In this document: positions 1 to 8,983 of the stretch, in pieces | Numbering within the stretch: the stretch's first letter is position 1 | Layout of the letters: each line of letters begins with the position of its first letter | DNA from: Acidobacteriota bacterium | GTDB lineage: Bacteria; Acidobacteriota; CAIWXX01 | Direction of reading: 5' to 3' | Length of the DNA: 25,137 bases | NCBI GenBank assembly: GCA_040755995.1 | Contig: JBFMAF010000046.1 | Location: 1 to 25,137 of the forward strand | The notes under the pieces: model-generated | Databases searched by the model: none | Told to the model about the DNA's origin: nothing | What the model saw: the letters and a program-made list of their open reading frames with translations, nothing else | Translations under genes and position numbers: made by a program

Positions 1-512
1 CCGAGGGCGACGTCCCCTTTTCCTTCCGCGAGGCTTTGCAGCAGCTGATCGCGCGATACGGGGAGGAAGACCACATGCACACCCAGCTTCCCCAGGCTCA
101 GTTTCCTGTTTAGGATGGCCTCAAACTGCTTCATGGCATCGTACGCAATTCCGTGCGGCGTGGCCTTGTCCAGGAAGTAGGTGGTCTTGTTGTAGACCAC
201 CAGCGCGCGAATGACTCGACGCTTGACCATTCCATCCAGATCCCCGGACCATGGCAGGAATATCTTCGCCTGCAGTTCCTCCGGGAGCGGTGAGAGGGGC
301 TCGGCTTCGGCAGCAGGCTCCTCGAGATCCCCAACAGGCATTGCCGCTGCCGGGGGGACTGCGGCTTCACTGCTCGGAGGCGGAGTCCGCACCTCCGCGC
401 TCTGTGCCTCATTCCTGTGCTGCTCTTTGCACGCAGGAGGGGCCAGCAATAGCGATCCGAAAACAAGCATGATGATTGCACGGGCAGTCCCGCGTTTGCA
501 ATCATGGTTCAT
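1..512 (-). CDS. MltF-like lytic transglycosylase / substrate-binding-domain lipoprotein (N-terminal part; runs off window start)
   Basis: Not in the ORF track because it has no stop in the window. My translation from ATG 512 (SD AGGGAGGG) reads MNHDCKRGTARAIIMLVFGSLLLAPPAC...LPWSGDLDGMVKRRVIRALVVYNKTTYFLDKATPHGIAYDAMKQFEAILNRKL...HVVFLPVSRDQLLQSLAEGKGDVALG. The WxGDLDGMxxRRVIRxLV...VFLPVSRDQL...GxGD pattern is typical of the SBP domain of MltF-like proteins. Hydrophobic stretch plus Cys suggests a lipoprotein. Confidence 0.8.
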   Translation of the reverse strand, partial: MNHDCKRGTARAIIMLVFGSLLLAPPACKEQHRNEAQSAEVRTPPPSSEAAVPPAAAMPVGDLEEPAAEAEPLSPLPEELQAKIFLPWSGDLDGMVKRRVIRALVVYNKTTYFLDKATPHGIAYDAMKQFEAILNRKLSLGKLGVHVVFLPVSRDQLLQSLAEGKGDVAL

Positions 513-646
513 TTCACCCTCCCTTCCAGTTCATAGGCTGTTCATTCTGTCGTTGAAGTGAGGTTTGGGGGGCATGCCACGCTTACCGGTTTTTCCACCT
601 TCGGCACCGCCAAGACCACTGAAGCCGAGTGACCCGTCTATGCATG

Positions 647-1726
647 TCAGAACGACCATCCGACCGATGATGTCGCGTTCAGGTTGTTCGTCGTCCCTTC
701 CTCCGGAGGCCTGCTGTCGTAGTTTTCCGTGAGGCTGATCTTCCAGTACAGATCCTTGACCAGTTCCCACTTGCAGTAGGCGTAGGTGTCGATCCGAACA
801 CGCCCTGGATCGGACAGGCTCGGGAAGAAATAGGCCGAGGCGCTGATCTCCGATCCCCGGAAACGGTAGCCGGTGTAGCTGACACCAGACACAATCTCCG
901 CGTTGTTTCTGTCCGAACGGGCCTCCGGGAAGTAGTTCTCATTGGTGTAGACGATCCCCCCGACCACCGAAAGAGACGTCCTGTTGGATTTGAAGACGGT
1001 TCTGCGCCAGCCAGCTCCGATCGTCGTGCGAAGGTCCAGATCCTGCTGGTTGTCGTGCAGGAGCCCAGCCAGGAAGACGACGCTCCATCTGGTCGACACG
1101 ACCTGGTCATGTGAGAGGCGTAGTTCGTGACGCGATGTGTTCGTGACGCCTGATGCCCTGCTGAAGACTGAACTAAGGTCCAGTGCCAGCATGTACTTCG
1201 GTTTCACGAAGGCAGCGGAGGCGCCGACGGTGGTCTGAGTCTGCTTGTTTCCCGAAGTGAAACCGATCCCCATGTCCAGGGACAGGTTCAGCCGCCCCAG
1301 AATCGCCCTCTGCATCTCGCGGACCGCCAGCACTTCCCCGATTTTCCACCGGACCGTCAAGCGGTCGTCCAGGAGCACCTCGATCATTCCCGCCGGGACC
1401 TGCTCATTCGGGTCAGGCGCGATCACACCGACGTGGTGTTGTCCCGTCTTGATCTCAAACTCGTAGCGCGCCGTGCTCTGCAGTCGGGTCACCCGGTTCC
1501 AGTCGAGCCGGAGTGTGTCGGCTACGCGATCCGATTTCAGATAGAGCATGCCAAACTCGACTTTCCTGATCTCTCCCGTGAGGCGATCACCGTTTTCGAG
1601 GACGACGACATCATCCTTGTGCTCCACTTTCTTCTCTTTCAGGCTCTTCAGGACCTGAGCGGGCATCGGAACAGGCGCCCCCACCACGAACGCGAGAAGC
1701 AGAATCACGGCGCTGGTTCTCGACAT
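647..1726 (-). CDS. DUF481-like outer-membrane beta-barrel protein with N-terminal periplasmic domain
   Basis: Start ATG 1726 (GGAG upstream). Signal peptide MSRTSAVILLLAFVVGAPVPMPA, then the D-x-V-x-L-x-NGD-x-LTGEI motif, alternating amphipathic strands, 'DLDLRTTIGAG', and C-terminal aromatic signature VGWSF. Confidence 0.8.
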   Translation of the reverse strand: MSRTSAVILLLAFVVGAPVPMPAQVLKSLKEKKVEHKDDVVVLENGDRLTGEIRKVEFGMLYLKSDRVADTLRLDWNRVTRLQSTARYEFEIKTGQHHVGVIAPDPNEQVPAGMIEVLLDDRLTVRWKIGEVLAVREMQRAILGRLNLSLDMGIGFTSGNKQTQTTVGASAAFVKPKYMLALDLSSVFSRASGVTNTSRHELRLSHDQVVSTRWSVVFLAGLLHDNQQDLDLRTTIGAGWRRTVFKSNRTSLSVVGGIVYTNENYFPEARSDRNNAEIVSGVSYTGYRFRGSEISASAYFFPSLSDPGRVRIDTYAYCKWELVKDLYWKISLTENYDSRPPEEGTTNNLNATSSVGWSF

Positions 1727-1850
1727 AAAGCACTCCGCGGGGCTGCACGCCTCCCCGACCCTCAAGCTGGGGACCGCTCGAGCGCCGCCGCGGCCCAGCG
1801 CGCCGCGGAGCTGCCGTCCTGATGGGCGGTCCAGGAGTTTGGGGCAGACT

Positions 1851-1867
1851 TGCACTGCCGGTGCCAA
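1851..1867 (-). promoter_or_regulatory. sigma-54 (-24/-12) promoter upstream of the DUF481 gene
   Basis: Minus strand TTGGCACCGGCAGTGCA = GG-N10-GC with a TGGCAC -24 box, intergenic, about 125 bp upstream of ATG 1726. Confidence 0.7.
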
Positions 1868-1989
1868 CCCAGGACCTTCTCGCGCGATCCGCACAGCAGT
1901 GCCAGGTAAGCTGGATCGGCTGCACAGCACAGACTGCTCACCACGTTCTCCTTTCCGTTCCGCGTCCTTACACCGAGCGGCCGCTGCAG

Positions 1990-4221
1990 CTACCGCTTCC
2001 GCGCCGTGCTGGAGGACGGCCGCGTTCTAGCCTCCCAGGATTGAGACTTCTGGGTCCGCCGAGTTCCTTCTTCCCTCCGGAACTGGTCCCGATCGAGTTG
2101 GTTGAAGGTGTCCTGATCGAGCTGGCGAGTTGCAGTCGTGGCCGGCACCGCCTCTGGACGCGCCGGCTTCTGGACGCCAGCCCAGTTTCCGTTGTCGTAC
2201 TTCTGCCAGCCATCATCAGTATGCTTGTAGACATTTCCGTCACGACCCGCATAGAGGTCGTCGCCCTTGTACCCGACAAGTCCTCTGTTGCCGTCGGAAG
2301 TCCGGTAGCCCATGGCGCCGCCCTCCGATCCTGTGTAGTGCGCAGATCTCACCCAATCGTCGCCTCTGCGCACGGCGGTGGTGCCCCACGAGGAATAGTA
2401 GTTGGTCCCTTGCCGGGTTCTTGCATAGGTCCCCGTCCGCGGGTTGTAGGCTTCCGCCCAACCTGCCGCTCCGTATGGGCCGTAGGCCGCGGCTCCGCGA
2501 GCATACGTTCCGGTCACCGGGTTATAGGCCGCTCCGAAGCCGACGCCTGCGTATGGGCCATAGGCCCGGCCGGCTCGACCGAATGTTCCCGTGTACGGGT
2601 TGTACCAGGCGCAAGCACCGTAGCTGGGGTAGTACGGGAAGTAGATGGGATAGTGCGGGCCGTAATACACGTAAGGCGGATAGTACCACCCCGTGCCCCA
2701 CACGACATAGTCGGCAGTGATGATCGTACCGAAGTATCCGGCCAAGACTGCCACCTTCACCCAATCGTCGGAGTGATCGTCCTCGACCACAGTCACGTAC
2801 GTTACGTGGTAGACCGGGGAACTGGGTGGAATCTTGTAGATCTCCGCCGGGATCGTCTCCGCGACCTGCCACGGCCCGGAGGGACTACCGGACACGAACC
2901 AGACTGCTTCGTAGCAGAGGTAGTATGCCCCCTGGTACTGGATCACCTCGCTGCCGGTGTTCACGGCGTAGGTGAGCGATGTTCCTTCGATCGGTTTGAA
3001 ATCCGGCTTGTCGCCGGCGTAGTAAACGTTCGGTGCCTTGATCTCCTTCTTGTTCACCTGCGCCGTCTGCGGAATGCTGGCCTGTATCACAGCCTCTTCA
3101 GCTTCTCGTGTGCCCGGCACAGATGAGCGAACTTCGCCTCTCGGGTGATCCGCGGGGATGTTCTTGAAGTCCGCCGGCAGGATCGGTGTCGCGAATACCC
3201 ACTCGCCGCCTTCCAGGCTTCTCGCGCGAAACCAACGTCCCGAGACCAGGTAATAGAAGTAGTTGTCTGCCGGCGCGAAGAAGAGATTACTCTCTGTGTT
3301 TGTCACCCAGAGTAGGGTTGTATGCGGGATCGGTTGGAGCGCCGGTGCGCCCTTGATAAGGATGAGCTCCGCCGGCTGCTCGCTCACGAACACCGCCGGC
3401 ACGTCCTCAGGCCTCGTCGGTTTGCCCGGGATGTTCGCTCTGACGTCCTCCCAATTCGGATCCTTCGGGAGTTTCTTGAATCCATCCGGCAGCTTGGTCG
3501 CGGGTGCCCAGGGGCCGCTCACGCTTGAGGCCTGGAGCCAGCTACTCTCGTTGCGGAGATAGTAAGTCTTCACCGGGTCATCGTAGAAAAGGTCCCAGTT
3601 CGTGTTGACGGCGAATTTCAGAATGCAGCCCTTGATAGGGCTCAGGATCGGCTTCCCATCGAAGATCACCAGCACGGCCGGTTTGTAGCTCGCAATGATT
3701 CTGCGCGGGTCGTTCCTGACTTCGATCGAGTGAGCTCCGGCGCGTTCCAGCGACGCCAGGACTCGGTCGAGCGAGATGCTCCTCAGATCGCTCGGACTGA
3801 TCGAGCCTCGCAGAACCGCCAGCATCTTCTCACTTTGCTCCTTGTTCAGGCTCGGGAAATTCCCTCCCGTTATCTGCACGCTGGTAAGCCGCACCAGTCG
3901 AGACACATGGTCCACTTCGGTTGTAGCACGCAGCTCGATGATCCCGATCTGCGGATTGTCGCTGCCGGCGGGTGCGAAGGCTATCGCAGCGCGCGCATTC
4001 AGAATCTTGTAGTCCTGCCACTCCTCGAGTTGCGGCTGATAGACTTCCACCTTCCCCTTCGGACCCACTATCTCACGCGGCCATTCGATCGGCTGGCTCG
4101 GCTGCGCGGGTGCCGCCCCAGATGCCTTAGGCGCGCCCACGATGGCCGGCGGCGCAATCATTGCCGAACTGAGAATCGCGACCAGAATCACGGATGCGGC
4201 GGTATCCAACCTTGCTGTCAT
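1990..4221 (-). CDS. Large secreted protein of unknown function (family often labelled 'carbohydrate-binding family V/XII'), with internal repeats and a Tyr/Gly-rich region
   Basis: ATG 4221 with SD GGAAGGAG and a signal peptide. Contains 'WPREI...VYQPQLEEW', three NTxxxLF/YYL...W...GPW-like repeats, 'IPAEIYKIPPSSPVYHVTYV', 'VVWGTGWYYPPY', three YNPxTGT repeats and 'DLYAGRDGNVYK'. Confidence 0.8.
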   Translation of the reverse strand: MTARLDTAASVILVAILSSAMIAPPAIVGAPKASGAAPAQPSQPIEWPREIVGPKGKVEVYQPQLEEWQDYKILNARAAIAFAPAGSDNPQIGIIELRATTEVDHVSRLVRLTSVQITGGNFPSLNKEQSEKMLAVLRGSISPSDLRSISLDRVLASLERAGAHSIEVRNDPRRIIASYKPAVLVIFDGKPILSPIKGCILKFAVNTNWDLFYDDPVKTYYLRNESSWLQASSVSGPWAPATKLPDGFKKLPKDPNWEDVRANIPGKPTRPEDVPAVFVSEQPAELILIKGAPALQPIPHTTLLWVTNTESNLFFAPADNYFYYLVSGRWFRARSLEGGEWVFATPILPADFKNIPADHPRGEVRSSVPGTREAEEAVIQASIPQTAQVNKKEIKAPNVYYAGDKPDFKPIEGTSLTYAVNTGSEVIQYQGAYYLCYEAVWFVSGSPSGPWQVAETIPAEIYKIPPSSPVYHVTYVTVVEDDHSDDWVKVAVLAGYFGTIITADYVVWGTGWYYPPYVYYGPHYPIYFPYYPSYGACAWYNPYTGTFGRAGRAYGPYAGVGFGAAYNPVTGTYARGAAAYGPYGAAGWAEAYNPRTGTYARTRQGTNYYSSWGTTAVRRGDDWVRSAHYTGSEGGAMGYRTSDGNRGLVGYKGDDLYAGRDGNVYKHTDDGWQKYDNGNWAGVQKPARPEAVPATTATRQLDQDTFNQLDRDQFRREEGTRRTQKSQSWEARTRPSSSTARKR

Positions 4222-4391
4222 GTCTGAGACTCCTTCCATACGCACTAACAAGAACCCGAAAACCCTCGGGCCGGGTTGAGGCAATGACGTCTGGGTCGTG
4301 CGCGAGGAACCTGCTCCTGCTCAATTCGACGTGCAGGTCCTTGTCTGAGTGGAAACCACGAATCCCTTTTCGTCATCTCACGCCGGCTTCA

Positions 4392-4408
4392 CGCAATAAC
4401 CATGCCAG
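4392..4408 (-). promoter_or_regulatory. sigma-54 (-24/-12) promoter for the leftward operon
   Basis: Minus strand CTGGCATGGTTATTGCG, a near-consensus TGGCAC-N5-TTGC, intergenic and next to an enhancer-binding protein gene. Confidence 0.85.
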
Positions 4409-4496
4409 CGGGCGGTATGGTCCAGTGGCGAGCGTGGATCATGGCTGGCCGCTGCAGCATGCCCGACGGAGTCGCGTCCGAGCGAGAGTGTGCCCT

Positions 4497-4508
4497 ACGA
4501 AATAACGT
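4497..4508. promoter_or_regulatory. Candidate upstream activator site (ACGAAATAACGT)
   Basis: Core CGAAATAACG matches CGAAATGACG at 6482-6491 (9/10) and lies about 90-100 bp upstream of the -24 box. Confidence 0.45.
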
Positions 4509-4537
4509 GCGGCCTCCGGCATTCAGTGGGCGGGCGA

Positions 4538-4566
4538 TTGCCTCTGGAAAGGGTATGTTAGATAAT
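4538..4566 (+). promoter_or_regulatory. Candidate sigma-70 promoter for the regulator gene
   Basis: TTGCCT-17 bp-GATAAT in a locally AT-rich patch. Confidence 0.35.
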
Positions 4567-4832
4567 GATCAAGGCGTGTTTCCGCCCAGCCAGGTTCCGG
4601 TGGTGAAACGTGGCCTGCCTGACATGAATATTGAATTTCGCAGTACTGGGGCCCAGTATACTCCTGACACTGGTCGTCGAATCGGACCTCGCCGGCCTGG
4701 ATTCCCGGCGGGTGCCGTGCTCTTCGCAGCGGTCCGTCATCTGAGCATGTCGCCCGCCCCTGCCGCTACTTGTTTCCTCGTCGAGGGGACGGTGACAGCC
4801 CCGGAGATCGAGCTGCCCCGAAGGTGCCTCGC

Positions 4833-6413
4833 ATGACCACCCCCGCCCCAACGGCCTTCCACAAGGATATCGAGTGGATCCTCCGGTTCCAAGCGCTCGT
4901 CGCGGAAATCTCGGCCAGTCTCGTCGACATCCCGTCCGACGAGGTCGATCGAGCGATCGACACAAGTTTCGCTCACATTCTCGACTTCCTCGATCTGGAT
5001 CGATGCACGTTGTGGGTGCGTTCGGAGACCGAGGGCGTCGAGTTTCGGCTGGCCAACGTGGTAGGTCGACCCGGGATTCCCCCAATCACCAGCTCGTTCA
5101 CGTCTGATGACCTGCCGTGGGCCTCCCGCCAGATGCTCGCTGGGAAGGAGATGCGGTTCGTGCGCATCGATGACCTGCCGGATGAGGCCGCCAAGGACAA
5201 GGTGACACTCCGTGAGTTCGGACCTGAATGGTCCGTACTGGCGATTCCGCTGAAGTCCGGCGCACGAGTGATCGGGGCGATTGCCATCGGCAAGGCCGCG
5301 CAGGAGGTGTGGCCTGAAGAGCTTGTCTCTCAGATGCGAGTGATAGCGCAAGTCTTTTCGAACGCGCTCGTCCGACGCAGCGTGGAAGGACAGTTGAAGA
5401 GTACGCTCCGGGAGGTTGAGGGCCTCAAGGAGCAGCTCGCACTGGAAAACGTATATCTGCGCAAGGAGTTAGAGGAGCATCATCCGCACGGACGGGTCAT
5501 CGGGCGGAGCCCGGCGATCCGGCGCGTGCTCGCCCAGGCTGAGCAGGTTGCCCGTACGAGCTCGACGGTTCTGCTGCTCGGCGAGACGGGCACGGGCAAG
5601 GAACTGATTGCCTCGATCATCCACGAGACGAGCCAGCGACGCGAGAGGGCGATGGTGCGAGTCAACTGCGCAGGCATCCCCTCTACGCTTGTCGAGAATG
5701 AGCTGTTCGGGAGGGAGAAGGGCGCCTATACAGGTGCCTTGACCAGGCAGATAGGGCGCTTCGAGCTGGCGGATCATTCTACGATATTCCTGGACGAGAT
5801 CGCGGAGCTGGTGCCGGAAGTGCAGGTGAAGCTGCTGCGGGTCTTGCAGGAACGTGAGATAGAGAGGCTGGGTAACCCAAGACCCATAGCCGTCGACGTG
5901 CGAGTCATTGCCGCGACCAACCAGGACCTGGAGAAGGCGGTGCGCGATGGGAGATTCCGGCAGGACCTCTTCTATCGCCTCAACGTCTTCCCGATTCGGA
6001 TTCCGCCACTGCGCGAGCGGCGAGAGGACATACCTCTCCTGACGTGGGCCTTCGTGGAGGAATTCTCGAAGGAAGTAGGCAAGACCATAGCCAGCATTCC
6101 GCGGGGAGACCTGGAAGCCCTGATGGCGTACCCCTGGCCTGGGAACATCCGCGAGCTCCGGAACACGATCGAACGCGCGATGATCCTCTGTAACGGACCG
6201 AAGCTGCACATCGAGATCAATCCGTGCCAGACCGCCACGGATCCGGTGGTGCTCTCCCTGAGGGAGATGGAGATCCAGCACATTCGAAAGATACTGGAGA
6301 TGACCGGTTGGCGGGTACGCGGAAAGCAGGGCGCGGCGGAGATCCTCGAAATGAAGCCCACTACTCTCGAAACGAGGATGGCAAAGCTGGGGATTGCGCG
6401 TCCCCGGAAGTGA
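4833..6413 (+). CDS. sigma-54-dependent enhancer-binding protein (GAF + AAA+ + Fis-type HTH; FhlA/NifA-like architecture)
   Basis: Walker A GETGTGKE, ENELFG-REK-GAYTGA, Walker B IFLDEI, FRQDLFYRLNVFPI, WPGNIREL, C-terminal 'WRVRGKQGAAEILEMKPTTLETRM' HTH. N-terminal GAF-like domain, no receiver. ATG 4833 preferred over TTG 4770. Confidence 0.95.
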   Translation: MTTPAPTAFHKDIEWILRFQALVAEISASLVDIPSDEVDRAIDTSFAHILDFLDLDRCTLWVRSETEGVEFRLANVVGRPGIPPITSSFTSDDLPWASRQMLAGKEMRFVRIDDLPDEAAKDKVTLREFGPEWSVLAIPLKSGARVIGAIAIGKAAQEVWPEELVSQMRVIAQVFSNALVRRSVEGQLKSTLREVEGLKEQLALENVYLRKELEEHHPHGRVIGRSPAIRRVLAQAEQVARTSSTVLLLGETGTGKELIASIIHETSQRRERAMVRVNCAGIPSTLVENELFGREKGAYTGALTRQIGRFELADHSTIFLDEIAELVPEVQVKLLRVLQEREIERLGNPRPIAVDVRVIAATNQDLEKAVRDGRFRQDLFYRLNVFPIRIPPLRERREDIPLLTWAFVEEFSKEVGKTIASIPRGDLEALMAYPWPGNIRELRNTIERAMILCNGPKLHIEINPCQTATDPVVLSLREMEIQHIRKILEMTGWRVRGKQGAAEILEMKPTTLETRMAKLGIARPRK

Positions 6414-6476
6414 TGTCCCCGGTCGCCCCCTGGCGAGCTTGGCGCGAGCTGCAGGGAGGCGAGGTGATACCGCACG

Positions 6477-6527
6477 ACCTCCGAAATGACGGAGGTGCCC
6501 CTGGATGCCGGAGCGAGGATTTCGCTC
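6477..6527. promoter_or_regulatory. Two inverted repeats, candidate enhancer (UAS) pair
   Basis: ACCTCCG-aaatga-CGGAGGT (6477-6496) and GAGCGA-ggatt-TCGCTC (6511-6527). Both contain CGAAAT on one strand, centres are about 32 bp apart, and they lie 90-135 bp upstream of the -24 box. Confidence 0.5.
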
Positions 6528-6611
6528 GGTCGCTCGAGGCAGACGTGCTCAGGTCCGCTAAAATCCGCACTTTCTAGTCAGCCAGCTGGTTGTCCTGGGG
6601 AGCTGGGACGG

Positions 6612-6628
6612 TTGGCAACGAGCTTGCA
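6612..6628 (+). promoter_or_regulatory. sigma-54 (-24/-12) promoter for the rightward operon
   Basis: TTGGCAACGAGCTTGCA = TGGCA-N6-TTGCA with exact GG-N10-GC spacing. Confidence 0.85.
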
Positions 6629-6641
6629 CAGTCGTATTTCG

Positions 6642-6971
6642 ATGATTGACGTGAGTCTGAAGTTGCATCCCGCTCCCGACAGGGTCGACGAGGTCGTCCG
6701 TGCGCTAGGGAACCTGCTAGGCCCCACGAAGGTCCAGCCGGGCTGCGTCGAGTGCGGTGTCTATCAGGAAACGGGAAACCCAGGAGGGATTCTGTATCAG
6801 GAGCAGTGGAGCTCGTGGAAGCACCTGGAGGCTCACCTCAAGTCTGATCGCTTCGCACGGATTCTGGAGCTGATGGAGGTGTCCACGGATCCGCCGGAGC
6901 TGACGTTCCACGGCATCCACGAGATCCGGGGTATCGAGTACGTTCACGAAGTGCGAGGGACGAGGACGTAG
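6642..6971 (+). CDS. ABM-fold (antibiotic biosynthesis monooxygenase / putative quinol monooxygenase) protein
   Basis: MIDVSLKLHPAPDRVDEVVRAL...PTKVQPGCVECGVYQE...ILYQEQWSSWKHLEAHLKSDRF matches the ABM pattern (PGC...ExW...L.AH). The longer ORF from 6486 would span the promoter, so 6642 was chosen. Confidence 0.8.
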   Translation: MIDVSLKLHPAPDRVDEVVRALGNLLGPTKVQPGCVECGVYQETGNPGGILYQEQWSSWKHLEAHLKSDRFARILELMEVSTDPPELTFHGIHEIRGIEYVHEVRGTRT

Positions 6972-7143
6972 AGGTGATGCTATGAGCGTCGAGCCGTGTC
7001 GCCGATGACAATACCGACACAAGGAGTGGAGCACAACGTTGACAACTACATCTACCAAGAGCTTGGGTCCTGAAATCTGCATTCTTGCACATGCGTATTC
7101 GGGAGAACGGGCGGCAACAAGCAACTGAAACCGAGGGGGTAAC

Positions 7144-8979
7144 ATGAAGCGAAGAACCGTCACATTCGGGGCAACAAACGTCTTGGGTCTGTTTGTTGCA
7201 ATACTGGGCTGCACGGCGATTGCCTCTGCAGCGGACACGGGGCGCCGGCCCAACATCGTCCTGATCGTGGCCGATGACATGGGATACTCCGACATGGGAG
7301 CGTGGGGAGGCGAGATCCGTACCCCGAACCTGGACTCTCTGTCACTGCGAGGGATTCGATTCACGGATTTCCATACGGGACCGAGCTGTTCGCCTACACG
7401 TTCCATGCTCTTTTCCGGGACCGACAACCACATTGCAGGAGTCGGGAACATGAATGAGTTCACGGCTCCAAACCAGCGAGATGTGGAAGGCTATGAAGGC
7501 GAGCTGAATCACAAAGTAGTAAGCTTCGTGGAGCTGTTGCGCGATGCCGGCTATCACACGTACATGGCAGGGAAATGGCACCTCGGAAAGAACCCTGACC
7601 TGATTCCGCGAGCGCGCGGCTTCGAACGCGACTTCACCCTGCTGGACGGGGCGGGAAGCTATTTCGACATGATAGGAATCAGCGCCCGCAGTCACACGTC
7701 GGTTTTTACCGAGGACGGCGAATACATCACGAAACTGCCGAAGGGTTACTACGCCACCAAGACATACACCGACAAGATCATCTCGTATATCGCGTCCAAC
7801 CATGCTGACGGCAAGCCGTTCTTCGCGTATCTCTCGCACCAGGCTCCGCACGACCCCTACGGCCTCCCGGACAACTGGTTGAGAAAATATTCCGGCCGCT
7901 ATGACATGGGCTGGGATAACGTGCGCAAGATGCGCCTTGCGAAGATGCAGCAACTTGGAATCATGCCCGCCGGCATCACCCCTGCGGACCGCCTCTGGTT
8001 CGTGCCCATCGCGGCCGATCTCGCGCCGGTCGCGCGGGTGATCGTTGGACGCAAGATGGAAATCTATGCCGCCCTCGTTGAGAACATGGACTATCACATC
8101 GGGCGGCTGATCGACTACCTGAAGGAGGTTGGTGAATACGACAACACATTGTTTGTCGTCTTCTCAGACAACGGAGCGGAAGGAAACGACGTCGGCGCAT
8201 TCATCGCGGGAACGCCGGGGACCGTCGATTATCTGTTCTACGCTACTCACTATTCCCAGACCCACATAAACGACCTGGGCCGCAGCGGATCTCACACGGC
8301 CTACGGTCCCGCATGGGCACAGGTATCCATGACTCCCTTCCGTGATTTCAAGTCATTCACGGCTGAAGGCGGCATTCGTTTGCCCCTGATCATTGCAGGC
8401 GCGGGTGTGCAGCAGAAGGCGGGTACGATTAACCGCAGCCTGCTGCATGTCATGGATCTGGCTCCAACCATACTTGAGATTGCGGGCGTAACGCATCCAT
8501 CGACATACGAAGGTCACCCTGTTGCGCCGATACAGGGCAGGTCCCTCATCCAGATCCTTCAGGCAACAGCCGACAGTGTGCGCGGTGAAAACGACTGGCT
8601 CGGATGGGAAGTCTTCGGCAATCGCGCCATCCGCCAGGGGGACTGGAAGATCGTCTGGGGATGGAAGCCTTTTGGATCGAGCGACTGGGAGCTCTTCAAC
8701 GTGGCGCAGGATCCGGGAGAACGTCAGGATCTGTCGCAGAAATACCCCGATAGGAAGCAACAACTACTGGCACTCTGGGATGAGTATGTAAGAACGAACA
8801 ACGTTATTCTCCCGAGCCGCCAGCCCTTTGAGGGTATGGAGGAGAAGCTGCCTCCACGCGTTCCGGTCGATGAGTCCTGGCCGCCGCTCAAGTTCAAGAA
8901 GCAGTTTGTGCCCCCCGACGACGCTGCGGCAGCAAAGCAGGAAGAGAAAACAGAAGAGAACGAAAAGGAGAAGGAGTAA
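7144..8979 (+). CDS. Formylglycine-dependent arylsulfatase, Cys-type (AtsA-like, S1 family), secreted
   Basis: PNIVLIVADDMGYSD, CSPTRSMLFSG (C-x-P-x-R), GYHTYMAGKWHLG, QAPHDP, SDNG, EGGIRLP, HVMDLAPT, ELFN...DPGE. Signal peptide and SD GAGGGGG. Confidence 0.95.
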   Translation: MKRRTVTFGATNVLGLFVAILGCTAIASAADTGRRPNIVLIVADDMGYSDMGAWGGEIRTPNLDSLSLRGIRFTDFHTGPSCSPTRSMLFSGTDNHIAGVGNMNEFTAPNQRDVEGYEGELNHKVVSFVELLRDAGYHTYMAGKWHLGKNPDLIPRARGFERDFTLLDGAGSYFDMIGISARSHTSVFTEDGEYITKLPKGYYATKTYTDKIISYIASNHADGKPFFAYLSHQAPHDPYGLPDNWLRKYSGRYDMGWDNVRKMRLAKMQQLGIMPAGITPADRLWFVPIAADLAPVARVIVGRKMEIYAALVENMDYHIGRLIDYLKEVGEYDNTLFVVFSDNGAEGNDVGAFIAGTPGTVDYLFYATHYSQTHINDLGRSGSHTAYGPAWAQVSMTPFRDFKSFTAEGGIRLPLIIAGAGVQQKAGTINRSLLHVMDLAPTILEIAGVTHPSTYEGHPVAPIQGRSLIQILQATADSVRGENDWLGWEVFGNRAIRQGDWKIVWGWKPFGSSDWELFNVAQDPGERQDLSQKYPDRKQQLLALWDEYVRTNNVILPSRQPFEGMEEKLPPRVPVDESWPPLKFKKQFVPPDDAAAAKQEEKTEENEKEKE

Positions 8980-8983
8980 TCCG

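Noticed and set aside
131..505. 124-aa minus-strand ORF from the track
   Set aside because: Wrong frame; the frame starting at ATG 512 gives a recognisable MltF-like protein.
1940..2010. Possible frameshift near the 3' end of the large secreted protein (another frame reads RGSGSCSGRSV)
   Set aside because: Low-complexity tail; cannot be separated from chance without homologues or reads.
1822..3126. 434-aa plus-strand ORF
   Set aside because: Antisense shadow of the 1990-4221 gene, with no motifs; typical of GC-rich DNA.
4402..4836. 144-aa ORF whose stop overlaps the activator ATG (ATGA)
   Set aside because: Spans promoter elements, has no SD and no recognisable protein features.
6972..7143. 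TTGACA and tiny ORFs (e.g. MSVEPCRR) between the ABM and sulfatase genes
   Set aside because: No -10 at a proper spacing, and the ORFs are too short to support.
7144..7170. MKRR as a Tat signal on the sulfatase
   Set aside because: Lacks the S/T-R-R-x-F-L consensus; more likely Sec, left unresolved.
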